Assembly: GCA_043381765.1 (NCBI GenBank)
Contig: JBHJMP010000889.1
Coordinates: 1 to 35,449, forward strand
Direction: 5' to 3'
DNA length: 35,449 nt
Origin: Collodictyon triciliatum
Lineage: Eukaryota
Shown: one piece after another, positions 1 to 12,800 of the stretch
How the letters are laid out: each line of letters starts with the position of its first letter
Numbering within the stretch: the stretch's first letter is position 1
Position numbers and translations under genes: made by a program
Notes under the pieces: model-generated
The model's database searches: none
Seen by the model: only the letters and a program-made list of their open reading frames with translations
What the model was told of the DNA's origin: nothing

Positions 1-88
1 AACAAAAAAACAAAAAAACAAAAAAACAAAAAAACAAAAAAACAAAAAAACAAAAAAACAAAAAAACAAAAAACAAACAAAAAAACAA
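1..88. repeat. (AAAAAAC)n heptamer simple repeat, truncated by window start
   Basis: Directly visible. Confidence 0.95.
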
Positions 89-254
89 ATGGCCTGCATA
101 ATATGCCGCTGGCTCTTTCGTCAGGCAAAGTTCTCACTGATCAAACTCTAACGCGCAGGATCAAGAGCGCCACACTTTTGCTCTTCGCAAAAAAGAAACT
201 TCAAAGATAAACAGCAGAAAAAGAGACTCGCCCACACTGCGATCTCAAAGAACT

Positions 255-3200
255 ATGACACAGTATCTTTTGGCTGAAACAGAACCCTCGCTGATCCAAG
301 AGGCTGATGATGAGTTGACTTGTTTGCTATGCCTAAACCCCTTGGAGGAGTTGGACTTAAAGTACACTTCTTGTGTCTGCCAATATCAGGTAAAAGACAG
401 TCCTCTATACATTCTTTTCTTCTGTTCTATTTCATTCACATGAAAGAAGGAATGAAAAATCTTTACGCCATGCTCTGCATGTAAATTTAAATAGTAATGA
501 TTTGAATTCACATATGTGAAGTTCTTGTTCAATTTTATTTAAATAAAATACTACACAGTACAAAGATACACACATACGTTTTCTTCTTCGATCGATGTAT
601 ACCCAAACACCCGATGCCATTCTGAATACTCCAAAATATATTAGTTATAAATATTGAAGCAGGGATCAGCCTGGGGTGTATATTCATTCGAATAACTTTC
701 TTTGCTTTATTCTAGATATGCATTTGGTGCTGGGAAAACATAAAAAAAATGAGCGATGGGCTTTGTCCACTGTGTAACCGACCACTGCACCGAGAATTGC
801 GATTCGAAATTCATGATGAGATAAAGTGAGTTACCTTTCCTTTTTGTCTCTCTCTTTTTTTCTCATGGGATCTCTCATCACGATAGTGAAACATCATCAA
901 TTTTTTCATTCTTCCTTTCAATTTTGTGCAAGATGGTGAGGCGATAGTGAAGTCCTATATATTATATTTATTCAATCGGGCAGGTGGTCGAATAAATTTT
1001 TTTTTATTCAAACGACCAAATTCGAATATCTCACCAAGCTATAGTGGCTTATGTTATTGTTATGATACAGATACCAAAGATTCCGTGAGAATCTTGAAAA
1101 AAAGAGACACCAGGCAAAAGAAAATCTTCATAATGAGGATACCACCCGAAAGCTACATAATATACTTATCGTTCAAAAGAATATTGTACTATTGATTGGA
1201 ATACCACGCACACTCACCCGCGAAGAGGTTCCCCCGTTTCTTCAATATATACCAAATTAATAAAGAATGGTTCAAATACGAAATAATATTATGCGTATTT
1301 TTAAAATTTTTATCGCAATTTCAAAGTATACCCTTATATGATTAAATCTCTTAAAGTTTGAATGCCAGAATGGAGGAAACGGAGTCTATTGTGATGAAGA
1401 ATCATTTTTCATGTCTTGTATAATTTTTTAAAATCCATTTTTATTAGATTTTACGAAAGGATGGGCCGTTTGGAAGATTCGGGAAGATACGGAAAGTATT
1501 CTTTCTCCAGCATGACGGACCAAGTACCCAACCCGCAGGTGGCCGTGTTCCTGGGTGTCATATTACATTTTTTTCTGTAGAGGATGCTACCGATGCAATT
1601 CTTCATCTTGATGGAGCCTGCTTCGAGGGACATCCTATAAGGTTTATTCAAAACTCTTTTAATACGTTTTTGCGGAGTTTGCCTGTTCATTTATGATATT
1701 TATAATTATTATTATTATTATTTTGCAGAGCCTTCTACGGAACTACCAAATACTGTCACTACTTTATCAAGAAATTAACCTGTGCAAATAATGCATGCTT
1801 ATTTCTTCACGAATTGGCTCCAAGTGAGATCTGTTTCACAAAAGATGATATGAACGGAAAGGGAGCCAAGGCGTAATGACTATTTTTAATTTCCACAAAA
1901 CCACATTTTTCATATTGTAAATCAAATACATTCTATATAAAGATTCTGTCCATATAATTCGCCAAGTAATATAACATACCATTTTCTTAAAAAATTAGGA
2001 GTTTATTTGCAGACCTTACGAGGCCGCAAGAGAGACGGAAGTTAGTGTTGTCTCAAATTATTTTCCAAATATTCGAATTTTGAGTCTTTAATATTTAGCA
2101 CTAATTATTATCATATTTTATCTAGCATATTCGCCTCTGGTTTATTAAGTAAATTTTTCTTACATTCAGCACGCTTTTACATGATTACTGGTATTGCAAA
2201 GCGAATCATAGTCATATATAACAGTTGAATATGTTTCATTAGTATGTTGATATATTTCAGAAATATTTACATTCTGAAACACGATACTCAGAAGAGGTCG
2301 ATGCATCACACCTTCTAACCACCAGACGGCATGAGAAGAATTTAGAGGTGTTTTTCTAATGAAACTCATCAACAGTTCTATATATTATGTAATTTTGCTA
2401 TTATAGCTAAAAAGAAAACCGTCTGACAAAAATTAGAACTTTCATGCGGAAATGAACCAAAACCACACGAATAAAATTAACGCCAGGAAGATTATAGATT
2501 CAAAGGAATATGATAGAAAGTACATAGATTACAACAGAGCATCTGTGAATTACTTCTCTGCTTCATTCCCATTCACTAATTATTTTCTGAATAAATTTTA
2601 ACCCTATTTTCTGCGCCTTGCATCCAGTTGTGACGGTTTCTTCTTTTTGTTTATTAGCTCATGAAATATTATGTAACCCCTCACTTTTTTTTTTTTGCTC
2701 CCATAGGTCATTTGAGATGGTACTTCAAAATGAAAGGCATGCAAATGAAGGTATGAAGTTGTTTCTCTTGTCAATTTTTTTCTCATGGAAGTAGCACTAT
2801 ATTTCACATTATCTTAATCATCAACACACAGATAAAGATAAATCTATACTAGTACACGGAGGGAGGTCGACACTTTTTGTTGGAGATGATCCATACCACG
2901 AAAAGGCTTCAAGAAGCATGTATATGCATACTTATGGTTCGGTTGGAGAAGAAACAGAAATGATTAGAAAAGAAGCAAGGCGAAAGCTAACTAAGAAGAT
3001 CGATGATGAATTTTGGAACCAAATATCAAAAACTCCAGACATATTTTTACAAATGCCTCTATTGTATTCGAAACGCAATGTATTATTTAGTGATTATGAC
3101 AAAGATATTGTACTGTTTGATGACGATACTCCAGACCTGTTGCAAGACAACCCTTTCTTTTCATATAATAACATAAATATGCACACAATGTCCGGTATCC

Positions 3201-6152
3201 TTCACAGGTTACCATTTTATAGTCATTTTTCATTATGGAAGACCGAATACCACGGGGAATGGCCATCTTTACATAGAAGAGCAATGCCCCTCTCTTCACA
3301 CCATAATCATACCACAAGACCCTTTATCGGGGTTGAATCCAAATCTCATCAACCCACAAAATTAAATTCTCCAATCTCGCTTACACCTTCAGAGATATTT
3401 GGGAATGCTACAGGATATAGTCATGACACCAATGAAGCATACAATCCAACATATACCCCAGAAAACACACTCCCAACTAGCCATTATGACGGGGTGTTTA
3501 TGATTCCTTCAGAACATGATAAAAAACCTCTCCAGCTGCGTCCGGGCACCCGATTGCACCCATCGCAACTTTTTCCGGATATGCATTCTAGTCATGCGCA
3601 ATTGACACAAACACGACAAAGTATGGAATATTATGCATACTCCTCTCAGGAATATACTCCGTCATATTTAGATAACCAGGAACCTATCAAAAGCCTGGTA
3701 ATCTTTATTAATTTTTTCTGCCAACCTTTTTGTATATTATCAAAAAAAAATTGAGTAAACTGAACAGAAGTATTTAAGAAAATGAGAGAAATAAAGGATC
3801 CTCCTGACATTATTATTTATTTAAGAAAGAAAAATTGCCAACCTTATTTTTTTCCTCTTTATTCGATAATTGCCAACCTTCTTTAATTATTCTAGGGTGC
3901 CAGTCTCAAACAGAACGTCACAAACGTTGGAAACAGAAGTTCCACAGGTAATCATACACTTTGACTTACCGTCCATGTAATTCATACAGGTTCCCCCACA
4001 AAAATGTATGGATCAAGTAAATATTAGTGCCGTTACTTTGTAATAATGATTGATATATTGACACAACGTAATGATGATATACATTTTATTAGATAGTTCG
4101 GGGGTTCTACCAAAAGCAGCCAATTCAAAAGCGAAGAAAAAAAGTGGCTCAAAAGTGCATCCAACGGACCAGAAAAAAATCGATACAGAATATCCAAATA
4201 CCAAAGAAGCGAGGAAGACAAACGTCATTGAGACCACAATTACTATTAGACAAAGTCAAACTCCCAGAAAGATTGATGAAGTGTATACCACTACCGGAGT
4301 ACAAGCAAAAAAAGAGACTGGAAAAATGGACTTGAAAGAAATATCAAAAGATTCAAAAAAGGAGAAGGAAATTCCTCATCAGGACGTATCATTAGAAGGA
4401 AAATACGTACGAGAAAGTAAATCGTCGCCAAAATCTAAATCCACTCCAAAAACAACAAAAAGCTTACCAACCACTCCATCTCAACCTGGAAAGCTCGTAG
4501 ACATAATGGAGTCAAGTGAAAATATCCAGAAAAGTGAAAAACAAATGCAAAAATCCACAGACGACCCAATCAATGGGACACCAGAGGAGCTTGAAAGAAA
4601 ACGGATTCGAAGGGAGGAGAAAAAGATAAGGAGAGAAAAAGAAAAGGAGGAGAAACTTCGAGAAAAAGAAAAGGAAAGAGAGAGGCAACAAGAGCACGAG
4701 AAAGAAAAAGAGCTTCAGAGGACAAAAGAAAAGGAGGAAAAGAAAAAAAGAGAAAAAGAGGCACAGACACTTAAAGATAGAGAAAGGTTTATTGAAAAAC
4801 AAAAATATCAGATGGAGAAGGACTATGAAAAGAAACATACGAATAGGGAGACGGAAAATCCTAACGAGGAGACAAGCGTTGGAATTGCATGTGATTCATC
4901 GGAAGAACTTCATATGTCGGATATGGGCAAACAATCCAACACATGCGAGATTCAATCAAAAGAAGACCTTATTCAGCCAGAACCAAAAACGCCAGAATCG
5001 ATGGCCCCAGCGTCGGTTGTTGCTCCCAATGCTTCTGTTGAGGAAAATAGCGAAGCTGATGCCCATATCTTTACGAAAATTATGCCACATGTTAGTGAAG
5101 TTATTGTTACAATTGAAAGCAAAACAAATGATGATGTTGCTGAAGAGCTACCAAAAGGCCCTGGGCAAGACGTGGCAGGGGTGCCAGAAAAAAACGAGCC
5201 TCAAGTCGATTCTGCCCAACCATCACAGCCTACTTTGACTTCGAAAAAAACAAGAAATAGACGCAAGCGACGGTTACTACAAGCAGATTCTCAATCAGAA
5301 TCCCAATCCCAATCCCAATCCCAATCCCAATCCCAATCCCAATCCCAATCCCAATCCCAATCCCAATCCCAATCCCAATCCCAATCCCAATCCCAATCCC
5401 AATCCCAATCCCAATCCCAATCCCAATCCCAATCCCAATCCCAATCCCAATCCCAATTACCACCGCAAATATTAGATGGTGACTCTATTTCAACAAAGTC
5501 CGAAACCCCAAACCCACACATTGCTGTTGTGTCAGAGACCAAATATTCAGAATCAGCTCTTCAGAGCCTCACACAGCTCAAAGACGTCATCCTTTCGTCC
5601 ATCGAAGACACTCCATACCTGACTCCCAGAGAGCAAGAATTGATTGTAAATGACCTGCTTAGGATTATTGAAGCCAATGAGTTTATAGCACACGCCGATT
5701 CCTCACAATTCACCGGCATCACACCTCCGATGGATGAATGGCTGTCTGAAGAAGAAAAACAACTTTTATTCGAGGCCATAGAACCGGGCCTGTTACAGGA
5801 GGCCATCGAGCAAAGCAATGCAAGCTTGCAACCGCTGCGTCTGAATTTGGATGTGGCTCAATCGAGACGATGGTTGGACGTGACCCGGGGCACATCAACA
5901 GAAGAGGAATACGATGACTTTCTACAAGATCACATGGTCCCAGAGGAAGACTTAATCGCGCCAGATGCCGAGTGTCAATTACTTCGCTTCTTCTCTTCCT
6001 TGTCTCCCGAATTCTCGGGCGATGATATTGTTGCTCCAATATACTCCGAGGCAGTTTTGGACGCCCTCGACGATGAGGTCGACATTGTTTCAGAGGGGGT
6101 CAAAGTTATCGAAAAAACTCTCCTCAACATCATCATGAGAAATAAGGCCTAG
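255..6152 (+). CDS. NOT4: NOT4/CNOT4-like E3 ubiquitin ligase (C4C4 RING, RRM, C3H1 zinc finger, long low-complexity C-terminus), multi-exon
   Basis: Spliced exons 255-389, 716-825, 1071-1227, 1448-1641, 1729-1872, 1999-2040 join in phase across GT-AG introns. They give RING CLLCLNPLEELDLKYTSCVCQYQ|ICIWCWENIKKMSDGLCPLC, RRM start RKLHNILIVQKNIVLLIGIP...FGRFGKIRKV, and AFYGTTKYCHYFIKKLTCANNACLFLHE, the Not4 order of domains. Later exons (~2261-2347, 2437-2519, 2707-2750, 2832-~3696, ~3896-3947, 4093-6152) are phase-compatible; the junction between 2040 and 2261 is unresolved. Confidence 0.9.
5301..5456 (+). repeat. Perfect coding (TCCCAA)26 encoding (Ser-Gln)26
   Basis: 156 nt = 26 identical units, in frame in the last NOT4 exon. 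Confidence 0.97.
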
Positions 6153-6653
6153 TTCAAAATGCATTACGACCCTTCACTATTCCCATGTCTTTTTCCTTTC
6201 CAATCACACCTTCCTCTTTTCTCTAATATCATCACTTTCTATCATCTTCACGTACAAGCCTGCGTCATTACCCCTTAAGCCAGAGCTAGTGGCACATACT
6301 TGCCATATCTTTCAAACGCGTATTCTCGGTGAGGTGTAACCGGAAAAGAACGAGGGACAGAGTGAGAGCCACACCTCTCAAGGGAGAAAAAACAAACAAT
6401 AAACGAGCCATGCAGAGCGATGTGTATAGCGTGTATGTCTGTGCTGAGTCGAGCATTTTTTTATGAGACCACGAAAACGAGTGCAAGCGGGTCTAATTTC
6501 ACCGATGGAAAAACCCGAAAGTCGCAATACGCAAGTATAAACAACTATGTCAGTACACACACCCGGCTTATCAACGCTTTGTGAGATGTTGGCGACACAA
6601 GCAGAATACAACGACGACAACAACAAATAAATTCCCATAGGATATCTTTGAAC

Positions 6654-9447
6654 ATGACGACCGAGGCACTGTCAACCGCAATTCTCGTTGACTCGCCAAC
6701 AGTAAGCCCCAGAGAGCTTTCTTTCCCTCAGCACTTTCTTTTATCTATCTTTCTCTTTTCCAAACTCTGCTTTCCTCTATGAAGGCACAAGTGGTTTTAT
6801 TTCCAGCTCGTTTCTTTTCAGGGCGAAGAGAACGAAAACTTTGAGTCGTCTCGGCAGATAAGGTCCCCTATCGAGACACTGTGGTGGAAATACTATCTCT
6901 ATGCAAGCCATTTTCTTTCGTCTTGGGTTTGTCTCCCTTTTGTCTCCCTTTTGTCTCCCTTTTGTCCTTTCTTCCTTCTTTTTTTCCCCTTTATTCGATT
7001 CAAAGCGTCCTTTCTTCCTTCTTATTTTTGGTTTGTTTCTTGGGTTTAAATGTAAAATATCAATACTCATAGTTTTTTTATGGATATTACTAGAGTAAGC
7101 ATACACCACATTGCTTCTTTACCAGATGTTGTGTAAATAGAACTCACCTGGCGTACTTCTAGGGTGACAGAATGTGGCAATTCTGCGCAGCTATTTTGCT
7201 ATTACGTCTTTCTCCTGACTCTTTACTCTTGGTCTCCGTGTATGGATTGGCTCAGACGTTTTCTGTTTTCGTATCTGGTCCAAGTATCGGCAAATGGGTT
7301 GATTCAGCTGACAGATTATACGGTAGAGTAATCTTTATTTATATTTTACATATGGATAATATGTTGGTCATCCTATTTTCTTTCTCCTCTAGGATTTGTC
7401 TTGTTTCTCATCTCACATAAGTATTGAACAATAGCTCTTATACTGTACATCTTTATTGATTTTTTGAAATAGGCGCAAGAATAAGCTTGATAATACAAAA
7501 CATGAGCGTTGCTACATCTGCATTCTTATTGACTTTACTACTGGTAGTCGACTTGAAAGAGGTTCTTGTTTGATTTTCATTTTTTTATTCATATATGGTT
7601 AGACCTATGGAACAGGTGCACATTTTTAACCATGCGGAAACAATATAAATAACCATATCCAAAATTTTCTGATGTAAAACTAAAATAATAATAAAAAAAC
7701 CCAACAAAATGATACAAAAATGTTTAATTAATTGTAAATTATTATATGTCTGAAGTGGATCTACAGTGTATGCGTGGCTCTTGTTATTGCACTTGGAATG
7801 ATTTCGGATATGTCGAGTATGTCCAGGTCGATTATCGTAGGAAACGATTGGGTCATAACAATCACAGGAACCAACAAAGATCTATTGACAGGTATGTTGC
7901 CGTAATGCATATATATTGCATATAGACACCTTATTTCCTAAAAATATTAACAAGGTATGATTAAAGTAATAAAGCAATCCACTTTCCAACATTCCTACCA
8001 TCTTGCACAATATTGAAAGGAAGAATAAAATAAAAAGCAAGTCACTTTCTAATTTAGTATTCCTTTACAGCCACCGTACCAGTGACTGCTTGAAAGTTTA
8101 TCCAATCGTAAAACTGATCATTTTCATACCTAGAACTGAATTCTATGATGAGAAGAATAGATTTGGTATGTAAACTGGCTGCTCCGTTACTATCAGGGGT
8201 AATACTGGCATACAAATCGTCCACAACGAGCTGTATTTACATTTTCTCATGGAATGTGGTCTCTGGAATACCTGAATACTACCTTTTAAAGAGGTAAATA
8301 GTTAATCCTGACATGATTAGATTGTCGTGAATGTTAAGAAATGAGATGCACAATCCTCATCAAATTTTTCAACCTTTTTCAGAGTCCCACCATCTCGCAT
8401 AAAATTGAAAGGAAGAATAAAAATAACAAAAAAAAAACTTTTTCTTTTTAGGGTATATGAGGCACAGCCATCCCTGAAAGAACCAAAGCGCCAATCGATG
8501 GAGACAAAGTCACCCTTAAACTTTTACTCAGTCTGGAAATCCACGATTGAGGGATTTAGGTATTCCGTTCCTACATAAAAATTGGCATTCCAAATTAGAG
8601 TGAATAATTTATGATATATTTCCCATTTATGAAATTCTGATGTCTAAGTGACGGCCAGGAAATCAGTAGTTCTCACATCTATTTAATACTTGTGCAAAGG
8701 ACTTACAACAAACAAAGATGCTTTCTGGCATATACATCGTTGGCAATTCTATACTTTACAGTCCTGTCTTTCGGATATGTGATGACAGCATATGTATATT
8801 GGACTGGTATGAGTGAGGACTATATCGCAGTATGCCGGGGTATCGCTGCTTTTATGGGAGTAATTGGGACATATGTGTACCCTTTCATGAGGAAAAGATA
8901 TGGGCTCAGTAAAACAGCTCTTTTCTCTATCTGGTCGCAGTTGTCGATGCTGGGGATCGCTTTAGCATCGGTGTTTGTGAACGATTCCTTCGTAGCAGTC
9001 AATTTACTAATGTTTGGCGTTATCTTATCGCGTGTTGGCTTGTGGACTTTTGATCTATCTGTGACGCAAATTGTTCAGGTTTTTCTTAATTTTTTTCTAT
9101 CTGGGCATCTTTTTTTCTTCTTCAAAATCACTACTCCTCTCATCCCAATAGATTCATATATTGAAAAAAAACTTCATTTTATTTTATTTTTTTTAAAAAA
9201 GGAATCGGTCCCAGTGAACATTCAAGGTGTGGTGAATGGTACCCATCGCTCCATTTCAAATCTGTTAGATATGCTTGCATATGTTCTTTCCATAGCATTC
9301 TCTGACCCCAAAAGTTTCGGAGTCTTAAATGCGATATCTTTTGCCTCGGTAAGCTTTGCAGCTGGGATGTACACAGCACACTACATTAAGCACTCCAAAC
9401 CTTTTTCCAAGGACACAGAATTAAGCAAAATATCGCCCAGCGAATAA
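6654..9447 (+). CDS. SLC40A1: Ferroportin (SLC40A1/IREG-like) metal exporter, 9 exons
   Basis: Exons 6654-6701, 6822-6926, 7163-7322, 7473-7561, 7756-7891, 8134-8293, 8452-8559, 8700-9078, 9202-9447 join in phase. Family motifs: YLYASHFLSSW|GDRMWQF, GPSIGKWVDSADRL, LIIQNMSV, ELNSMMRRIDLVCKLAAP, SLAILYFTVLSFG, SRVGLWTFDLSVTQIVQ|ESVP...GVVNG. Confidence 0.93.
6931..6963. repeat. (GTCTCCCTTTT)3 just after a ferroportin splice donor
   Basis: Three exact 11-mers at the start of intron 6927-7162. Confidence 0.85.
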
Positions 9448-9471
9448 AGAAATACATATCAATTTTTTTTT

Positions 9472-9899
9472 NNNNNNNNNNNNNNNNNNNNNNNNNNNNN
9501 NNNNNNNNNNNNNNNNNNNNNNNNNNNNNNNNNNNNNNNNNNNNNNNNNNNNNNNNNNNNNNNNNNNNNNNNNNNNNNNNNNNNNNNNNNNNNNNNNNNN
9601 NNNNNNNNNNNNNNNNNNNNNNNNNNNNNNNNNNNNNNNNNNNNNNNNNNNNNNNNNNNNNNNNNNNNNNNNNNNNNNNNNNNNNNNNNNNNNNNNNNNN
9701 NNNNNNNNNNNNNNNNNNNNNNNNNNNNNNNNNNNNNNNNNNNNNNNNNNNNNNNNNNNNNNNNNNNNNNNNNNNNNNNNNNNNNNNNNNNNNNNNNNNN
9801 NNNNNNNNNNNNNNNNNNNNNNNNNNNNNNNNNNNNNNNNNNNNNNNNNNNNNNNNNNNNNNNNNNNNNNNNNNNNNNNNNNNNNNNNNNNNNNNNNNN
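9472..9899. other. Assembly gap (N run)
   Basis: N run; hides the ferroportin 3' UTR and the start of gene 3. Confidence 1.
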
Positions 9900-12800
9900 G
9901 AAGTTGAAGTCCACAAGGCACAAGCATTGGGATAAAAAGAAATATTTTTTTCAATTGAAATCGTAACGTGCGCCAAGCAAATTTAATCAAACAACAGACG
10001 AAGGCCGTCAGGGTAATAAAATATGTTTCTTAATAATCTCGTATCATACGTGAATGATTGTAGACCCAGTTTAAAAACATAATGGGACATATAAATATTT
10101 TCCATTATTAGATAATAATCGAATATTATTTGCTTTATTCCAAATATAGAAATTTCTTATATTTTTTCCTGCGGCGGTCTGCATTGGGCGAGGCTTGGGA
10201 TAAGTCTGCGAACCCGTCAGAAATCTGCTTGCGAGGCCGCGTTTGTTTTCCTTCTTCCTTTTTCCTTTTTCCTTTGTCCATTTTCCTTTGTCCATTTTCC
10301 TTAGTCGATTTTCCTTTGTCCATTTTCCTTAGTCGATTTTCCTTTGTCCTTTGTCCTTTGTCCTTTGTCCTTTGTCCTTTGTCCTTTGTCCTTTGTCCTT
10401 TTTCCTTTTTCCTTTCTCCTTTTTCCTTTTTCCTTTCCTTTGTCGATTTTCATTTTTCCTTTGTCCTTTGTCCTTTGTCCTTTTTCCTTTCCTTTGTCGA
10501 TTTTCATTTGTCCTTTGTCCTTTGTCCTTTGTCCTTTGTCCTTTTTCCTTTCCTTTGTCGATTTTCATTTGTCCTTTGTCCTTTGTCATTTGTCCTTTGT
10601 CCTTTTTCCTTTTCCTTTCTTTTTTTTTAATCTACTGCAATCACCCGAAAGTATCCTACCAGAAGCAGGCCAACATCAAGAGAGTGAACAAATATTTGAT
10701 CCATTTATTTCATCGCTGGGGTCGTATTATCCTTTGATATGGACAAGAGAATGTGAGGCTCATCTCCCCTTCGCCTAACACGAAATATAGACAAGCTGTT
10801 TATTTGAATACCAATCTCACTATAATCCTAACAATATCCAAATCATTCTGAAGAACGAAATGAAGTTTATCGGACGAGTCTATCTGCAGATATGCGAAAC
10901 CCTCCGGGTGGATTTGGAAGCGCAATCAGATGGTTTCTCCATTCTTTCCTTACTATGTCAACTTACTATATACAATTCACTCATTAAATTAACTCAATAT
11001 AATCCAATTACATGCCTAATAGCACATGTTTAATATTTCAAATTATCAATAATTAACCTTTTCGTGTGCAGCGCACTTCGTATTCGATGTGACTCTCCGT
11101 TGCCAAGAGGGTTCAAGCCCTATCGCAAAGTTTATTGAGTCGCCTCTGAGTGGGCCAGAAAGGACACAAAATAAGGAGTGCTTCATGTATGACTGCTAAC
11201 CATAATACTATTTTTTTTAATTCAGTGTTAGTGTGAACTCATGGAGTGATTGAAAATTCTAAATATCATTAAATCAATTAAATGCGTTCTCACTTCACTT
11301 TTTATGAAACAAATTCCGATTTCTTTTCCTTGGTCGACAGAGACATTTCAAACAAGGGGTGCTGGATTGAGATTTCCATGTCAAGAATCAGTCATTTAAG
11401 ATTGGTGGGTTCACTATCATACTCAGATAAAAGAATAATGAAAGGCTTTCTTTCTCATACATTTTTATTTAAAATTTACTTTAGATAATTATAAAACAAC
11501 AGCAACAGTGTATTTCAATATCAACGTACTTTTATCCGGCTAATAGGAAGCAACTGCATCTAAATATATCATTAAATGGGAGAGATTTTCCAAGTCAAAT
11601 CACTTGAGCGACATGTATATAGACGAAGAGCATTCAGCTTATGTGTCGAATGAAACGACTCTACTGGCTAAATTACTTTACATATCTTTTGTATGATTCT
11701 TACGGATATTATTTTATACAAACTAACTGAAAATGTGTTTTTTTTTTTAACTAAATGATTCATCCCGTGCATTTACAGGATAACATAAGCGAGGAAATTT
11801 ACGACGATTATCTTAATTTTGTTCAGGTATTTCAATTCGAAAAGTATCAATATATGTCAGTGCAATCAGAATAATTCTCAAAAGAAAATAATCAGCCACA
11901 ATCGTAATATTTGACGAGATTTGGGAGAGAAAAGAAAACTGACATATATAACTTAATGAAAATTCTGCTTCTAGTATCTCACCAAAGGAAATCAAAAGCT
12001 TTTTTCGGCTCTTTGTACTGCAGCCAGAGATTCGAAATACTTGTTTGCGACACCTATATCAGAATTATTTCCAGATGCAGAGGATTCATTAATCCTTGTC
12101 CAAATACTGACGAATGAAATTTTTCAAAGCAAGTGTATCACTTCTATTTGAACATCCCAATATCTAATTCATCTTTTGATGGTAACCTAACGCCGTATGA
12201 TTCTCAAATTCACACTTATAAAAACGCAGCATCAAAGCAGGCAGAGTCATTTGCATATGATTCAGTGGAAAAAGAAATCCTTCGTCTTCACATCTCTGTA
12301 CAATATTTAGCATAATTTGGACGAGTCTGGATATCTTTTCTTTATTATCATACANNNNNNNNNNNNNNNNNNNNNNNNNNNNNNNNNNNNNNNNNNNNNN
12401 NNNNNNNNNNNNNNNNNNNNNNNNNNNNNNNNNNNNNNNNNNNNNNNNNNNNNNNNNNNNNNNNNNNNNNNNNNNNNNNNNNNNNNNNNNNNNNNNNNNN
12501 NNNNNNNNNNNNNNNNNNNNNNNNNNNNNNNNNNNNNNNNNNNNNNNNNNNNNNNNNNNNNNNNNNNNNNNNNNNNNNNNNNNNNNNNNNNNNNNNNNNN
12601 NNNNNNNNNNNNNNNNNNNNNNNNNNNNNNNNNNNNNNNNNNNNNNNNNNNNNNNNNNNNNNNNNNNNNNNNNNNNNNNNNNNNNNNNNNNNNNNNNNNN
12701 NNNNNNNNNNNNNNNNNNNNNNNNNNNNNNNNNNNNNNNNTTTCGTTATGTATATGCGGTCTTTAGATTCATGATTTGATTTCTCATGATGAGACAAGCA

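Noticed and set aside
5301-5456. Interstitial telomere repeat
   Set aside because: The G-rich strand is (GGGATT)n, the reverse rather than a rotation of TTAGGG, and it lies in frame in an exon.
6153-6653. Iron-responsive element upstream of ferroportin
   Set aside because: CAGAGT (~6358) and CAGAGC (~6413) resemble IRE loops, but the flanks do not form the 5-bp stem with a bulged C.
10651-10735. U12-type donor-like GTATCCT / TATCCTT
   Set aside because: Imperfect match, no TCCTTAAC branch site, and no exon model needs it; all resolved introns look U2-type.
10071-10778. ORFs with FVLCPLS / KDKGQR repeats (also 15800-16408, 22283-22659, 22662-23275)
   Set aside because: Translations of intronic simple repeats; only their exon-overlapping parts are real.
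9386-12797. Long ORFs made of X residues
   Set aside because: Artefacts of the N gaps.
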